A stretch of 64,000 nucleotides of DNA from Malacoraja senta (GCA_038087875.1 CM075988.1:22508001-22572000); one strand, 5' to 3'; counted from the first letter of the stretch, positions 38,204-52,212 are shown. Numbers and translations are program-made. Notes: generated by a model from the letters alone, not told the origin.

Positions 38204-38866
38204 CTGTTGGAACAAGAGCACACAATCACCAGGAGCTCGTGATGAACACGCTGACTCATGAATAGACAACATCACATTGAAGTGTAGAAACAGGGAACTG
38301 CAGCTGCTGGTTAACGCACAAAAGGACACAAAGTGCTGGAGTAATTGGTCATAGAAACATAGGTGCAGGAGGAGGCCATTCGGCCCTTCGAGCTAGCACC
38401 GCCATTCTTTGCGATCATGGCTGATCGTCCCTAATCAATAACCCGTGCCTGCCTTCTCCCCATATCCCTTGATTCCACTAGCCCCTAGAGCTCTATCTAA
38501 CTCTCTCTTAAATCCACCCAGTGATTTGGCCTCCACTGCCCTCTGTGGCAGGGAATTCCACAAATTCACAACTCTCTGGGTGAAAACGTTTTTTCTCACC
38601 TCAGTCTTAAATGGCCTCCCCTTTATTCTAAGACTGTGGCCCCTGGTTCTGGACTCGCCCAACATTGGGAACATTTTTCCTGCATCTAGTTTGTCCAGTC
38701 CTTTTATAATTGTATATGGTTCTATAAGATCCCCTCCTCATCAGGCATCATCTCTGGAGACCATGGATTCTTAGGTAAATAACCTACATATATAGCCCTT
38801 CCTTCCTCCTCCTCCTCCCCTGTGTCCCTCTGGACTCGAACCCATTTCTGGTCACCATCAAGCAAG

Positions 38867-38905
<39 letters not shown>

Positions 38906-38974
38906 ACACCATTACCTCGGCAAAGGAACCCACATCAAATAGGATGTCGTGGTAGCGCAGGTTTGATCACTCAC

Positions 38975-39048
38975 CTCAGCACGCCCAAGGGATGCGCACA
39001 CAAGAAGTTGTAGTAACAGATATCCTGATTCCCTGTGATATTGAAAAC
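38975..39048 (-). CDS. SIDT2: SIDT2 exon
   Basis: 74 bp, AG/gtgagt: VFNITGNQDICYYNFLCAHPLGVL(S). Confidence 0.96.
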
Positions 39049-39469
39049 CTGTCAGAGGGGAAACAATCAGTGAGTCCACCACCATTGCCTGGTCCCCAAG
39101 ACATCAGATCATTCGATCGGGACTCAACTCTTCACAATCCAATGCCATATCAAAGACCACGTGATTAAATATTCCTGATCCAAGCATTGCAAAATCCAGA
39201 CCCAAAACTATCAGATGGCAGGACAAGACATACAGCGTGGAAACAGGCCCTTCAGCCCAATTTGCCCATGCCGACCAACATGGCCCATCTACACCAGTTC
39301 CACCTGCCTGCTTTTGGCCCATATCCCTTTAAACCTGCCCCATCCATGCACCTGTCTGAATGTTTCTTAAACGTTAGGATAGTACCTGCCTCAACTACCT
39401 CCTCCAGCCGCTTGTTCCATACACCCACCTCCTTCTTATGTAAACAAGTTACCCTTCATGTTCCCATTA

Positions 39470-42400
39470 CAGTCCAGACGTCCACATCTGCGCCAGGTGT
39501 ATCGAGATGGGGCTCCTAATGGACCGTATTAGGAACCTGGAGCAGCAGCTCGATGACCTCCGTCTGGTCAGGGAGAGCGAGGAAGTCATTGAGAGGAGTT
39601 ACAGGGATGTGGTCACTCCAACACCACAGGAGGCAGGCAAGTGGATCACGGTTGGGAGAGGCAAGGGGCACAGGCAGGGACTAGAGAGTACCCCGGTGGC
39701 TGTACACCTTGACAATAAGTACTCCTGTTTGAGCACTGTTGGGGTGGACAGCCTACCTGGGGGTAGCGACAGCAGCCGGGCCTCCGGTATAGAGACCGGT
39801 CCTGTTGCTCAGAAGGGTAAGGAAAAGAAGAGGAGGGCAATATTAATAGGGGACTCTATAGTTAGGGGGTCAGACAGGCGATTCTGTGGACGCAGTCGGG
39901 AGACCCGGATGGTAGTTTGCCTCCCTGGTGCCAGGGTCTGTGATGTGTCCCAACGTGTCCAAGACATCCTGAAAGGGCAGGGAGAGGAGCCCGAGGTCGT
40001 GATACATATAGGTACCAATGACATAGGTAAAAAAAGAGAAGAGGTCCTGAAAGGAGAATTTAGGGAGTTAGGAGGGGAGTTAAAGAGAAGGACAGCAAAG
40101 GTAACAATCTCGGGATTACTGCCTGTACCACGCGACAGTGAGAGTAGGAATGGAGCGAGGTGGAGGATAAATGCGTGGCTGAAGGACTGGTGCAGAAGGC
40201 AGGGATTCAAATTTCTGGATCATTGGGACTTCTTTGTGGAAGGTTCGACCTTGTACAAAAAGGATGGGTTGCACTTGAACCTGAGGGGGACCGATATCCT
40301 GGCGGGGAGATCTGCAAAGGCTACTGTGGGAGACTTTAAACTAGAATGGTTGGGGGAGGGACTCAAATAGAGAATGCTATTAGACAGTGTGTGAGGCAGG
40401 AGGCAGAGAAGGAAAGCACTCAGACCCAACATGTAGGGGGGAAAGAAGAAAACAATAATAAACAGAGAATAAGAGGTGGTGGGGTTCTTAAATGGGTGAG
40501 CAGAGAAACAGAGGGGTGTAAATGCGGGCGGAAGAATAGGTAGCAAGGTGAAAGGTAAAAGTGGCAGGCAGACAAATCCAGGACAAAAATCAAAAAGAGC
40601 CACTTTTCAACATAATTGTATAAGGGGTAAGAGCGTTGTAAAAACAAGTCTGAAGGCTTTGTGTCTCAATGCAAGGAGCATTCGTAATAAGGTGGATGAG
40701 TTGAACGTGCAGATAGCAATTAATGATTATGATATAGTTGGGATCACGGAGACATGGCTCCAAGGTGACCAAGGCTGGGAGCTGAACATCCAGGGATATT
40801 CAATATTCAGGAGGGGATAGAGAGAAAGGAAAAGGAGGTGGGGTGGCGTTGCTGGTTAGAGAGGAGATTAACGCAGTGGAAAGGAAGGACATTAGCTTGG
40901 AGGATGTGGAATCGGTATGGGTAGAGCTGCGAAACACTAAGGGGCAGAAAACGCTGGTGGGCGTTGTGTACAGGCCACCTAGCAGTAGTAGTGAAGTGGG
41001 GATGGCATCAACAGGAAATTAGAAATGCGTGCAACAAAGGCAAAACAGTTATAATGGGTGACTTCAATCTACATATAGATTGGGTGAATCAAATTGGCAG
41101 GGGTGCTGAGGAAGAGGATTTCTTGGAATGTATGAGGGATAGTTATCTAAACCAACATGTAGAGGAACCAACGAGAGAGCAGGCTATTCTAGACTGGGTA
41201 TTGAGTAATGAGGAAGGGTTAGTTAGCAGACTTGTTGTGCGTGCCCCCTTGGGCAAGAGTGATCATAATATGGTTGAGTTCTTCATTAGGATGGAGAGTG
41301 ACATTGTTAATTCAGAAACAACGGTTCTGAACTTAAAGAAAGGTAACTTTGAGGGTATGAGACATGAATTGGCCAAGATTGACTGGCAATTAGTTCTAAA
41401 AGGGTTGACGGTGGATATGCAATGGAAGGCATTTAAAGACTGCATGGATGAACTACAAAAATTGTTCATCCCAGTTTGGCAAAAGAATAAATCAAGGAAG
41501 GTAGTGCATCCGTGGATAACAAGGGAAATCAGGGATAGTATCAAAGCAAAAGATGATGCGTACAAATTAGCCAGAAAAAGCAGCATACCAGAGGACTGGG
41601 AGAAATTCAGAGACCAGCAGAGGAGGACAAAGGGCTTAATTAGGAAAGGGAAAATAGATTATGAAAGGAAACTGGCAGGGAACATAAAAACTGACTGCAA
41701 AAGTTTTTATAGATATGTGAAGAGAAAGAGATTAGTTAAATCAAATGTAGGTCCCTTGCAGTCAGAAACAGGTGAATTGATCAGTGGGAACAAGGATATG
41801 GCAGACCAATTGATAACTACTTTGGTTCCGTCTTCACTAAGGAAGACATAAATAATCTGCCGGAAATAGCAGGGGGCCGCGGGTCAAAGGAAGATGGAGG
41901 AACTGAGTGAAATCCAGGTTAGTCGAAGTGGTGTTGGGTAAATTGAATGGATTAAAGGCCGATAAATCACCAGGGCCAGATAGGCTGCATCCCAGAGTAC
42001 TTAAGGAAGTAGCTCCAGAAATAGTGGATGCATTAGTGATAATTTTTCAAAACTCTTTAGATTCTGGAGTAGTTCCTGAGGATTGGAGGGTAGCAAACGT
42101 AACCCCACTTTTTAAGAAGGGAGGGAGAGAGAAAACGGGGAATTAAGCCATTTAGTCTAACATCGGTAGTGGGGAAACTGCTAGAGTCAGTTATTAAAGA
42201 TGGGATAGCAGCACATTTGGAAAGTGGTGAAATCATTGGACAAAGTCAGCATGGATTTACGAAAGGTAAATCATGTCTGACGAATCTTATAGAATTTTTC
42301 GAGGATGTAACTAGTAGAGTGGATAGGGGAGAACCAGTGGATGTGTTGTATCTGGACTTTCAGAAGGCTTTCGACAAGGTACCACATAAGAGATTAGGAT

Positions 42401-43545
42401 ACAAACTTAAATCACACGGTATTGGGGGTTCAGTATTGATGTGGATAGAGGAACTGGCTGGCAAACAGGAAGCAAAGAGTAGGAGTAAACGGGTCCTTTT
42501 CACAATGGCAGGCAGTGACTAGTGGGGTACCACAAGGCTCAGTGCTGGGACCCAGCTATTTACAATTTATATTAATGATCTGGACGAGGGAATTGAAAGC
42601 ACATCTCCAAGTTTGCGGATGACACTAAGCTGGGGGGCAGTGTTAGCTGTGAGGAGGATGCTAGGAGACTGCAAGGTGACTTGGATAGGCTGGGTGAGTG
42701 GGCAAATGTTTGGCAGATGCAGTATAATGTGGATAAATGTGAGGTTATCCACTTTGGTAGCAAAAACGGGGAAGGCAGACTATTATCTAAATGGTGGCCG
42801 ATTAGGAAATGGGGAGATGCAGCGAGACCTGGGTGTCATGGTACACCAGTCATTGAAAGTAGGCATGCAGGTGCAGCAGGCAGTGAAGGAAAGCGAATGG
42901 TATGTTGGCCTTCATAGCAAGAGGATTTGAGTATAGGAGCAGTGAGGTTCTACTGCAGTTGTACAGGGTCTTGGTGAGACCACACCTGGAGTATTGCGTA
43001 CAGTTTTGGTCTCCAAATCTGAGGAAAGGACATTATAGCCATAGAGGGAGTGCAGAGAAGGTTCACCAGACTGATTCCTGGGATGTCAGGACTTTCATAT
43101 GAAGAAAGACTGGATAGACTTGGCTTATACTCGCTAGAATTTAGGAGATTGAGAGGGGATCTTATAGAAACGTACAAGATTCTTATGGGGTTGGACAGGC
43201 TAGATGCAGGAAGATTGTTCCCGATGTTGGGAAGTCCAGGACAAGGGGTCACAGCTTAAGGATAAGGGGAAAATCCTTTAAGACCGAGATGAGGAAAAAC
43301 TTTTTCACACAGAGAGTGGTGAATCTCTGGAACTCTCTGCCACAGAGGGTAGTTGAGGCCAGTCATTGGCTATATTTAAGAGGGAATTAGATGTGGCCTT
43401 GTGGCTAAAGGGATCAGGGGGTATGGAGAGAAGGCAGGTACGGGATACTGAGTTGGATGATCAGCCATGATCGTATTGAATGGCGGTGCAGGCTCGAGGG
43501 CCGAATGGCCTACTCCTGCACCTAATTTCTATGTATCTATGTATA
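39470..43545 (+). mobile_element. CR1-clade LINE, long copy; ORF1 (CxxC, coiled coil, esterase) mostly open, ORF2 broken by many 1-bp indels
   Basis: ORF 39507-40370 with IRNLEQQLDDLRL, GDSIVRG, GTND, DGLH. ORF2 fragments nearly identical to 60150-63224. Same 3' tail. Confidence 0.95.
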
Positions 43546-45994
43546 TGTACAGTGAGGAGGTACCTGGTGAACTCACTGTGGTGGATGTTAATTTGTGTTT
43601 ATTGTGTGTTTTGTCATTTATTGTATATGTATGACTGCAGGCAACGAAATTTCGTTCAGACCGAAAGGTCTGAATGACAAATAAAGGAATCTCTCATCTC
43701 TAATCTCTAATCTCTAATCCCATTAAATCTATCCACCTTCACCTTAAACCTATGTCCACTGGTTCACGATTCCCCGACTCTGGGCGAAAGACTGTGTGCA
43801 TTTACCCCATCGATTCCTCTCATGATTTTGTACCCCTCGATTCGTCCTTCTGCACTCCAAGGAATAAAGCCCTAGCCTGCTCATCCTCTTCCTGTAGCTC
43901 AGTCCCTCGAGTCCAGAGTCAATCTGAAGAAAAGTCTCGACCCGAAACGTCACCCATCCCTTCTCTGCAGAGATGCTGCCTGTCCCGCTGAGTTACTCCA
44001 GTGTTACGCGTCTATCTTCGGAGTAAACCAGCATCTGCAGTTCCTTCCTACACAAGTCTAAGTCTCTACACATCCTTCTCACAACTGATAGTCCCAGCCG
44101 GTTTAGTGTTATCAATAACTTCAAGACATAACATCCTGTAGCCTCAGTCCCTATCAGTAATGTACACTTTAGATAGCTGAGGCTTCAGTGCCATCTAAAT
44201 ACTGCCTGCCACACAATAGACCTTTCTTCATATTATCATTTGCCTGCCTGTTCGTCAATGTTCAAACTAATTGCCACTGAGTTATAACTATTCAGTGGTC
44301 ATTGTCAGACACTTTCTGTAGCCTCCAAGGATACCACATCCCTAATCTTGACCGCCCATTACATCCTCATAAAACCACCGGGTTTTTCTCAAGGGCTATT
44401 TCCTAACCCTAATCCGAACCTTCAGATGCCCATTTTTTATGTTTGTATCGGACCGGCCATTATGCTTCTCCCTTCCTCCCCATGTTTCTCCCCTCCAGGT
44501 TGTGTGTCCTGGCCTGCTCAGTCGTACATAAGCGATAGGAGCAGAATTAGGCCATTCGGCCCATCAAGTCTACTCCGCCAATCATTCATGGCTGATCCCG
44601 GGATGGCGGGACTGTCATATGCTGAGAGAATGGAGCAGCTGGGCTTGTACACTCTGGAGTTTAGAAGGATGAGAGGGGATCTCATTGAACATATAAGATT
44701 GTTAAGGGTTTGGACACGCTAGAGGCAGGAAACATGTTCCCGATGTTGGGGGAGTCCAGAACCAGGGGCCACAGTTTAGAATAAGGGGGTAAGCCATTTA
44801 GAACGGAGATGAGGAAACACCTTTTCTCACAGAGAGTGGTGAGTCTGTGGAATTCTCTGCCTCAGAGGGTTCTCTGGATGCTTTCAAGAGAGAGCTGGAT
44901 AGGGCTCTTAAAAATAGCGGAGTCAGGGGATATGGGGAAAAGGCAGGAACGGGGTACTGATTGGGATGATCAGCCATGATCACAATGAATGGCGGTGCTG
45001 GCTCGAAGGGCCGAATGGCCTACTCCTGCACCCATTGTCTATTGTGTATTTATCTCTCCCCCCTAACCCATTTTCATGGCGTCTCCGCATAACCCCCACG
45101 CCCGTACTGATCGAGAAACTATCCATCTCTGCCTTAGAAATATCCATTGACTTGGCCTCCACAGCCATCTGTGGCGATGAATTCCACATTCACCATCCTC
45201 TGACTAAAGAAATTCCTCCTCATCTCCTTCCCAGCACATGGCCACATCATTGTAGACATTCCTCTGTTGCACCCACTCCACTCCCCCACCTTCTCTGCCA
45301 CTCTAGACCAACATGTTTTCTCACTTCAGTTTGAAGAAGAGTCCTGACCCAAACCACGTCGGTCCATTCTCTCCACAGCACCTGCCTGACCCCCCCCGAG
45401 TTCCTCCAGCACTTTGTGTTTCGCTCAAGATTCTCGCCTCTGCAATCTCTTCCGTCACCTCTTAGTTTTCTCACTTTCTCGTCTGTGGCGATGAATTCCG
45501 CAGATTCACCGACCTCTGGCTAAAGAAATTCCTTCTCATCTCCTTCCTGAAGGTACGTCCAGTTTATTCTGAGGCCCTGACCTCTGGTCCCGAGGCTATG
45601 ACCACTGGTGCAAACATCATCTAATTTCAATTGCAACCAGATTTCACTGCCCAGCAGTGGATCGAGCGAGGTCCACACAACAGCACATGGAGAGAAAATG
45701 AAATCTATTTTTCCCTCTGCGTGTCTGCTAGAAAACGCCCACTTCTGATCATTGGGACCTCTGATGTCAGTGGGTGTAATGGAACCAGCTGCCGGAGAGA
45801 TAGTTGAGGCAAGTACTATCGCAACGTTTAAGAGACAGGTACATGGATAGGACAGGTTTAGAGGGATACGGGCCAAACGCAGGCAGGTGGGACTCGTGTA
45901 GATGGGACATGTTGGTCGGTGTGGGCAAGTTGGGCTGAAGGGCTTGTTTCAACATTGTATGACGTTATAACTGCCACAGGATTGTGAAGGATAA

Positions 45995-46299
45995 AGGGCC
46001 TGTCCCAATGTACGAGCTAATTCAAGAGTTCTCCCGAGTTTCCCTGATTCGAGCTCGGAGAATTACGGTAATAGCCGCTCGTAGGTACTCGGGGCTCTCG
46101 TGGACATTTTTCAACACGTTGAAAATCTTCACGAGCTTACCGCGTTTTCCGAGTACCTGCCGTTAGCGTTACGAGCCGCTAAGAGACGTCCCGAGCTCCG
46201 ACGTACCTGCTACGTACATTCTCCGTGCTTACCACGAGCTTGATTTTTTTTTAAACTCGGGAGAGCTCTTGAATTAGCTCGTACAGTGGGACAGGTCCT
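45995..46299. mobile_element. PIF/Harbinger-type MITE (A-related)
   Basis: TIRs; flanks TAA/TTA. Confidence 0.82.
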
Positions 46300-46489
46300 T
46301 TAACTCCTCGTTCCGCCATTGTTACCCCATTTGTAAAATCCACCTTTAAACTGCAATCCACCTTAACCCACCTTTAAACACAGACCCATGTTTAGAGCCT
46401 TCAACGCCCACAGCCAAGTCTCGCAGTCCCAACATTAAACTCCAGTGTACAAAGCAGCCTGCAATTGTGTGAATAATTCAGCTCCTTAC

Positions 46490-46556
46490 CGTCTGATATG
46501 TGATCACCAGCTGAATCACCGGCAAGGCATAGAAAACCGCGATCGTCGCAATGTTC
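46490..46556 (-). CDS. SIDT2: SIDT2 exon (TM helix)
   Basis: 67 bp, AG/gtaagg: NIATIAVFYALPVIQLVITYQT. Confidence 0.96.
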
Positions 46557-46714
46557 CTGCCACAGAAAAATAAGATGATCAACAAACTCCTGTGCACCAA
46601 ATGATTCTATTAACATCCTTAGAGTGAACACCATGAAGAACTGGTGCTTGCTACCTGATCTACCAAGCAGTACAAATACAATACGATACGAAGAACTATT
46701 ATCCCAGGAGGGAA

Positions 46715-47425
46715 TACCTTGGAGTTTACCTGGACAGTAAACTGGACTGGTCCAGGAACGCCGAGGCCCTGTACAAGAAGGGACAGAGCCGGCTATACTT
46801 TTGCGGAAGCTTCACTCCTTCAACATCTGCAGTAAGAGGCTGCAGATATGTTCTACCAAGTGGTGGTAGCCAGTGCCATCTTCTTCGCTGCCGTGTGCTG
46901 GGGCAGCAGGGCGAAGGCTGTGGACGCCAACAGGATCAATAGACTCATCAGGAAGGCTGCTCTGTCCTGGGGGCGGAGTTGGATTCACGGGAGGTTGGTC
47001 TTGGAGGGGAGGATGCTCCTCAAACTGCGGAGCATCCTGGACAATACAGCTCACCCCCTCCATGACGCACTGGTCAACCTGAGGAGCACCTTCAGCAACA
47101 GACTGGTTCCACCAAGATGCAGCACAGAACGCCACAGGAGATCCTTCTTCCCTGCGGCTATCAAACTGTACAACTCCTCCCCCTGCTGGCGCCGACGATG
47201 GCGGCCACGGTGTATTGCTCCTTGCTGTTTTGTATGTGTTTGTTCGTTTGTGTTGTCTGTGAAAACCCTACAAAGATTAATCATTAATGTTTTATTATTA
47301 TTAATGTTTAGTGTTTCTGAGTCATTCGTAACTGTCACTGTATGTCATGTTGTTACTTGTGGGCGGAGCACAAGGTAAATTCCTTGTATGTGAATACTTG
47401 GACAATAAACTTACTTACTTACTTC
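46715..47425 (+). mobile_element. Rex1/Babar-type LINE 3' fragment
   Basis: KKGQSRLYF...VASAIFFAAVCWG...RRSFFPAAIKLYNSS; (ACTT)n tail. Confidence 0.8.
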
Positions 47426-47702
47426 TAACATGGGGTAGACTGACTCCCCTCCGACCGCCCTCCCCAATCTTTGCACACCCCCAATCCTACTTGTCACTTT
47501 AATTTCATGTTTCATGTATCTTGCCAAGTGTCACGCCTGCTTCTGATATCACAGAGTGAATCAGAATCAGGCCTGCTGCCTCTAATTCACCGTACAACGT
47601 TGCATGTCCTTGTGGTTTGAGGTGGAGGAAGATAAAATTGGTGGCCCACTGTGGAAATTAGCAGGAGTTTGTCAACTTCCCCGTATCAGAGAACCGACTC
47701 AC

Positions 47703-47776
47703 CAGAAGTAGATCTTGTACTTTTTACTGAGGACACGCTTGTCCTTCCGGGAAAGGTCGGAGACGTACAGAAACTT
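47703..47776 (-). CDS. SIDT2: SIDT2 exon
   Basis: 74 bp, AG/gtgagt: [24 protein letters not shown](W). Confidence 0.95.
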
Positions 47777-49413
47777 CTGCAAACGGAAAAAAGAGAGAAA
47801 TATATATATATATTTTTTAATGGTTTGTTGCTCTTTCTTTGTGCCAGGTCCCGGCCTGAGTATATCGATCGGCATGTAATCCCATGAAACCGATAACGCT
47901 GGTCTCTACAGGAACTCAATCAATTATTCATTCACTTACCCTGCTAGTTCATATAAGGTTTTGAACATATGATATTTTGATTATAATTTAGAATCAAAAG
48001 GTAAATGATGATGGGGAATGGGGAGGGGCAGTTACAGTGAAAAACTGACATAAACCCTCATTTACAAAATGTTTTTTTGGACTGTTCACTCTGCTGCCCA
48101 CGGGCAAATGGTATCGCAGTATAAGGAGCAGAACGGCCAGGTTTTGCAACAGCTTCTTCCCCGAGCCATCGGACTCTTGAATTCCTTATAATGTGCCGCC
48201 ACTAGTATCTATTTATCTTTTTATCTATTTTATCCTTTTGTTATTTTATGTTGACACGGTGAGCCGGATGCAACGAAATTTCATTCAGACTTGCATTTGT
48301 TGGTGTATTTTTGAATGACAATCGTTTTAGTTTAGTTTATTGTTACGTCCACCAAGGGACAGCGAAAAGCTTTTTTGTTGCGCCGCTTTCCAGTCAACAA
48401 AAAGACATACACGATTCCAATCAAGCCAGTCACAGTGTACAGATACAGGTAAAGGGAATAATGTGCAGGGTAAAGTCCAAATTAAGATAGTCCAAGGGTC
48501 TCCAATGAGGTAGATGGGAGGTCAGGACCGCTCTCTAGTTGGTGGTAGGATGGTTCAGTTGCCTGATAACAGCTGGGAAGAAACTGTCCCTGGATCTGGA
48601 GGTGTGCGTTTCACACTTCTGTACCCCTTGCCTGATGGGAGAGGGGAGAAGAGGGAGCGGCCGGGGTGCAACTGGTCCTTGATTATGCTGCTGGCCTTGC
48701 CGAGGCAGTGTGAAGTTGTGTAAAATAACAATGAAAAGCCAGTTAAAATAAGTAAATAAATTGGTTCTGCTTTTCGTGCATTATAAGTGACTTGGCCTTC
48801 GACACTTCCTGCTGTGAAAGACGCTATATAAATGCAATCGATTCTTTCCCCGGGTGCTGTGGTATTTTTATAAATGGTTTCACCGCGCTTTCCTTCAAAT
48901 GAGCGGAGCTGCAGCTGGAGTAACGAGTGCCTGTCGTTCCAGGAGAAAAACGTCACCCATTCCTTCTCTCCAGAAATGCTGCCTGTCCCGCTGAGTTACT
49001 CCGGCATTTTGTGTCTATCTTCGGTTTAAGCCAGCATCTGCAGTTCCTTCCCACATATTTTGTGCAGAGATTTTGCGTTGGACTAAACATTGAAACATTT
49101 CCTTCTTTCCAGCGACGGCTGCTTCCTGAGACTGACGGCCTTCTACCACAGGCAGCTGTGGAGGGTGTCTGAGGTTATGGGGAGAAGGCAGGAGAATGGG
49201 GTTGAGAGGGAGAGATAGATCAGCCACGATGAATGGCGGAGTAGACTTGATGGGCCGAATGGCCTAACGCTGCTCCTATCATTTATGACCTTTTGACAAT
49301 TTGTAATGGCATTGATTACTTTGGAACTTTAATAAATCCGCTGGGTTCCATTTATATTCCCGAACGGCCCTAATTCTGCTCCTATGGCTAATGGACTCTC
49401 AGCTCTCACGCAC

Positions 49414-49528
49414 CTTGGTTCTGATGACGTTTTGTCGGAGTCGATGTCCGCCAGTGTGTCGTACTCGTCTTCCTCGATGGAGCTGAGGGAATCGAGGCGT
49501 GGGCGGATCACGTTCTCCAGGGGGCGCT
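49414..49528 (-). CDS. SIDT2: SIDT2 exon with an apparent 1-bp frameshift
   Basis: ERPLENVIRPRLDSLSSIEEDEYDTLADIDSDK, then NVIRTK in another frame. 115 bp where 116 bp is needed; cacag/gtgcgt bounded. Confidence 0.92.
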
Positions 49529-50812
49529 CTGTGAGGGCAACGAGGGGGGTACCATTGGTGCAAACACACGTGGCAGCCCAAGGGTGCGACCAAGGGCGAA
49601 GGGTATAAAGTCTCGTGACCGGCGTGGGTTTTCTCCGGGTGCTCCGGTTTCCTCCCCACACCTCAAAGACCTACTGGTTTTGTAGATTAATTGGCTTCGG
49701 TAAAATTGTAAATTGTCCCTAGTGTGTGTAGGATAGTGTTAGTGTGCGGGGATCGCTGGTCGGCACAGGCTCAGTGGGTCGAAGGGCCTGTTTTCATGCT
49801 GTCTCTCTAAACTAATTGTTCTGATTTCCAATACTCCTGACCTAGTTCTCACCGAGCTACAGCTAACAATGACCCGATTCCTTTATCTTTGTTACTCTTT
49901 GGCATATCTTTTAATCATTTGTTATATATCTCTCTACGTCATCGTCTATATCTCTAGTTTCCCGGACTGTCAAAGCTGCCACAGCCAGACATAAAAACAG
50001 CTTTTTGCCACGAGTAGTAGCTCTACTCAATAACCAAAAATCTGTAGCCTCCTTTTGCTCTGGTATTTTATTTAATTCACACGTTTAATCGATAATGTTT
50101 TTATTATTAATGTTTAATGTTTTACGTGTCATTCCTAACTGTCACTGTATGTCATGTTGTCACTTGCGGGCGGAGCACCAAGGCAAGGCAAATTCCTTGT
50201 ATGTGAATACTTGGCCAATAAACTTATTCATTCATTCATTCTTTCCCGTGACTTTCAGTCTGAAGAAGGGTCTCCGGCATTTTGTGTCGAACTCTTGAAA
50301 CACATCTGTTTGAAGAGAAGGTTTTGCAGCACCATGTTTTGCCTGTGAATCGTTCTTTACATCAGGGCAACACGTACTCTGATGGCCTTGCAGTGAGAGT
50401 TAATCTAGAGTCCGTATAGGCTTGTGTGCCTGGATGGAGTGGATGGGGAGAGGATATTTCCACTGGTGGGAGAGGTCTATGACCAGGGGGAACAGCTTCA
50501 GAATAAAAGGAAGTATCTGTGAAAGGAGATGAGGAGGAATTTATTTAGTCAGAGGGTGGTGAATCTGTGGAATTCATTGCCACAGATGACCGTGGAGGCC
50601 AAGTCTTTGGGTATTTTGAAAAACAGAGATTGGCAGATTCTTGATTAGTGCGGGTGTCAAGGGTTATGGGGAGAAGACAGGAGAATGGGTTGAGAGGGAG
50701 AGATTGATCAGCCGGGATTGAATGGCACAGTAGACGCGACGGGCCGAATGGCCTAATTCTGCTCCCACGACTTATGGACTTGCGCTGCTGTGGGAAGCAG
50801 TTGTCACCTTAC

Positions 50813-50884
50813 CCATGTAGCCGTAGGTAGAATCGGACTCCATGCTGTCTGTAATGGCCTCGGAGCCAACAGTGGAGCCATTCT
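50813..50884 (-). CDS. SIDT2: SIDT2 exon, cytosolic loop
   Basis: 72 bp, ttgcag/gtaagg, phase 1/1: ENGSTVGSEAITDSMESDSTYGYM. Confidence 0.82.
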
Positions 50885-52212
50885 CTGCAACAGATAACGG
50901 ACAGCTTAGAATTAAAAGACACTTGGACGGGTACATGGATAGGAAAGGGGTTAAAGGGATACGAGTCAAACACAGGCAAATGGGACGAGTATAATATAGG
51001 CATGTTTTTGACATGGACGCTGGGCCGAAAGGGCCTGTTCCATGTTTGGACACGCTAGAGGCAGGAAACATGTTCCCGATGTTGGGGGAGTCCAGAACCA
51101 GGGGCCACTGTTTTATGAATAAGGAGTAAGCCATTTAGAACGGAGACGAGGAAACACTTTTTCTCACAGAGAGTGGTGAGTCTGTGGAATTCTCTGCCTC
51201 AGAGGGCGGGTGGAGGCAGGTTCTCTGGATGCTTTCAAGAGAGAGCTAGATAGGGCTCTTAAAGATAGCGGAGTCAGGGGATATGGGGAGAAGACATGAA
51301 CAGGGTACTGATTGGGGATGATCAGCCACGATCACATTGAATGGCGGTGCTGGCTCGAAGGGCCGAAAGGCCTACTCCTGCACCTAGTGTCTAATGTCTA
51401 TTGTTGTACGACTATATAATTTGATTTTTTTTTTTTTTAATTTAAAATTAATTAAATTTTATAATATATATTTTTAAAATAAGAAGCTGTACATAAAATG
51501 TAACATGTCAATATATATTAGGCACCTTGGTGCCATATTACTGTACTTACTTCTAATAAAATTAAAATTAAAAATTAAAAAAAAAAAAAAAATAATAAAT
51601 AATTTGAATTAAGTTCTTGAACAACTGCAAATTATAACTCCCCCCCCCCCCCCCCCCGTTTCCACGATGTGTTGCAATGAGTGGGAATCCGGGTCTCTGC
51701 ACGATAAGGCAGCAACTCCAACATGCCACTGTGCCGCCCCCATTGTTTCTGCCTACATCAATGTGATGGTGTCTTGACTGGCCTTTGTTCATAGCCCATT
51801 GAACCAATCGTTGCCTTAAAAAAAAAACGCAGATGAAAAACGACAGTTCCCAATTCCCAGCTCCTCGCTGAACCCGAGAAAGATGTCCAAAGGTTTAATC
51901 CTTTAGGCTCTCACAATATAGAACATCTTGCAGAGTTTTCCTGACGAGAACGTGGATTGGAATGTCTGGGCAAACTGAACCTCGTGGAGAGTCTCAGGAG
52001 CTGAGCTACTATCAACACCATTGGAGACTTCGGACAATCTTTAATCGGACTTCATATTGCACTAAAACGTTATTCCGGTTATTCCCTTTATCATGTAGAT
52101 TCTGTGGACGGCTCGATTGTAACGATGGATTGTCTTTCCATTGACTGGTTAGCATGCAACAAAAGCTTATCACTGTACCTCAGTACACGTGACAATAAAT
52201 TAAACTCAACTG

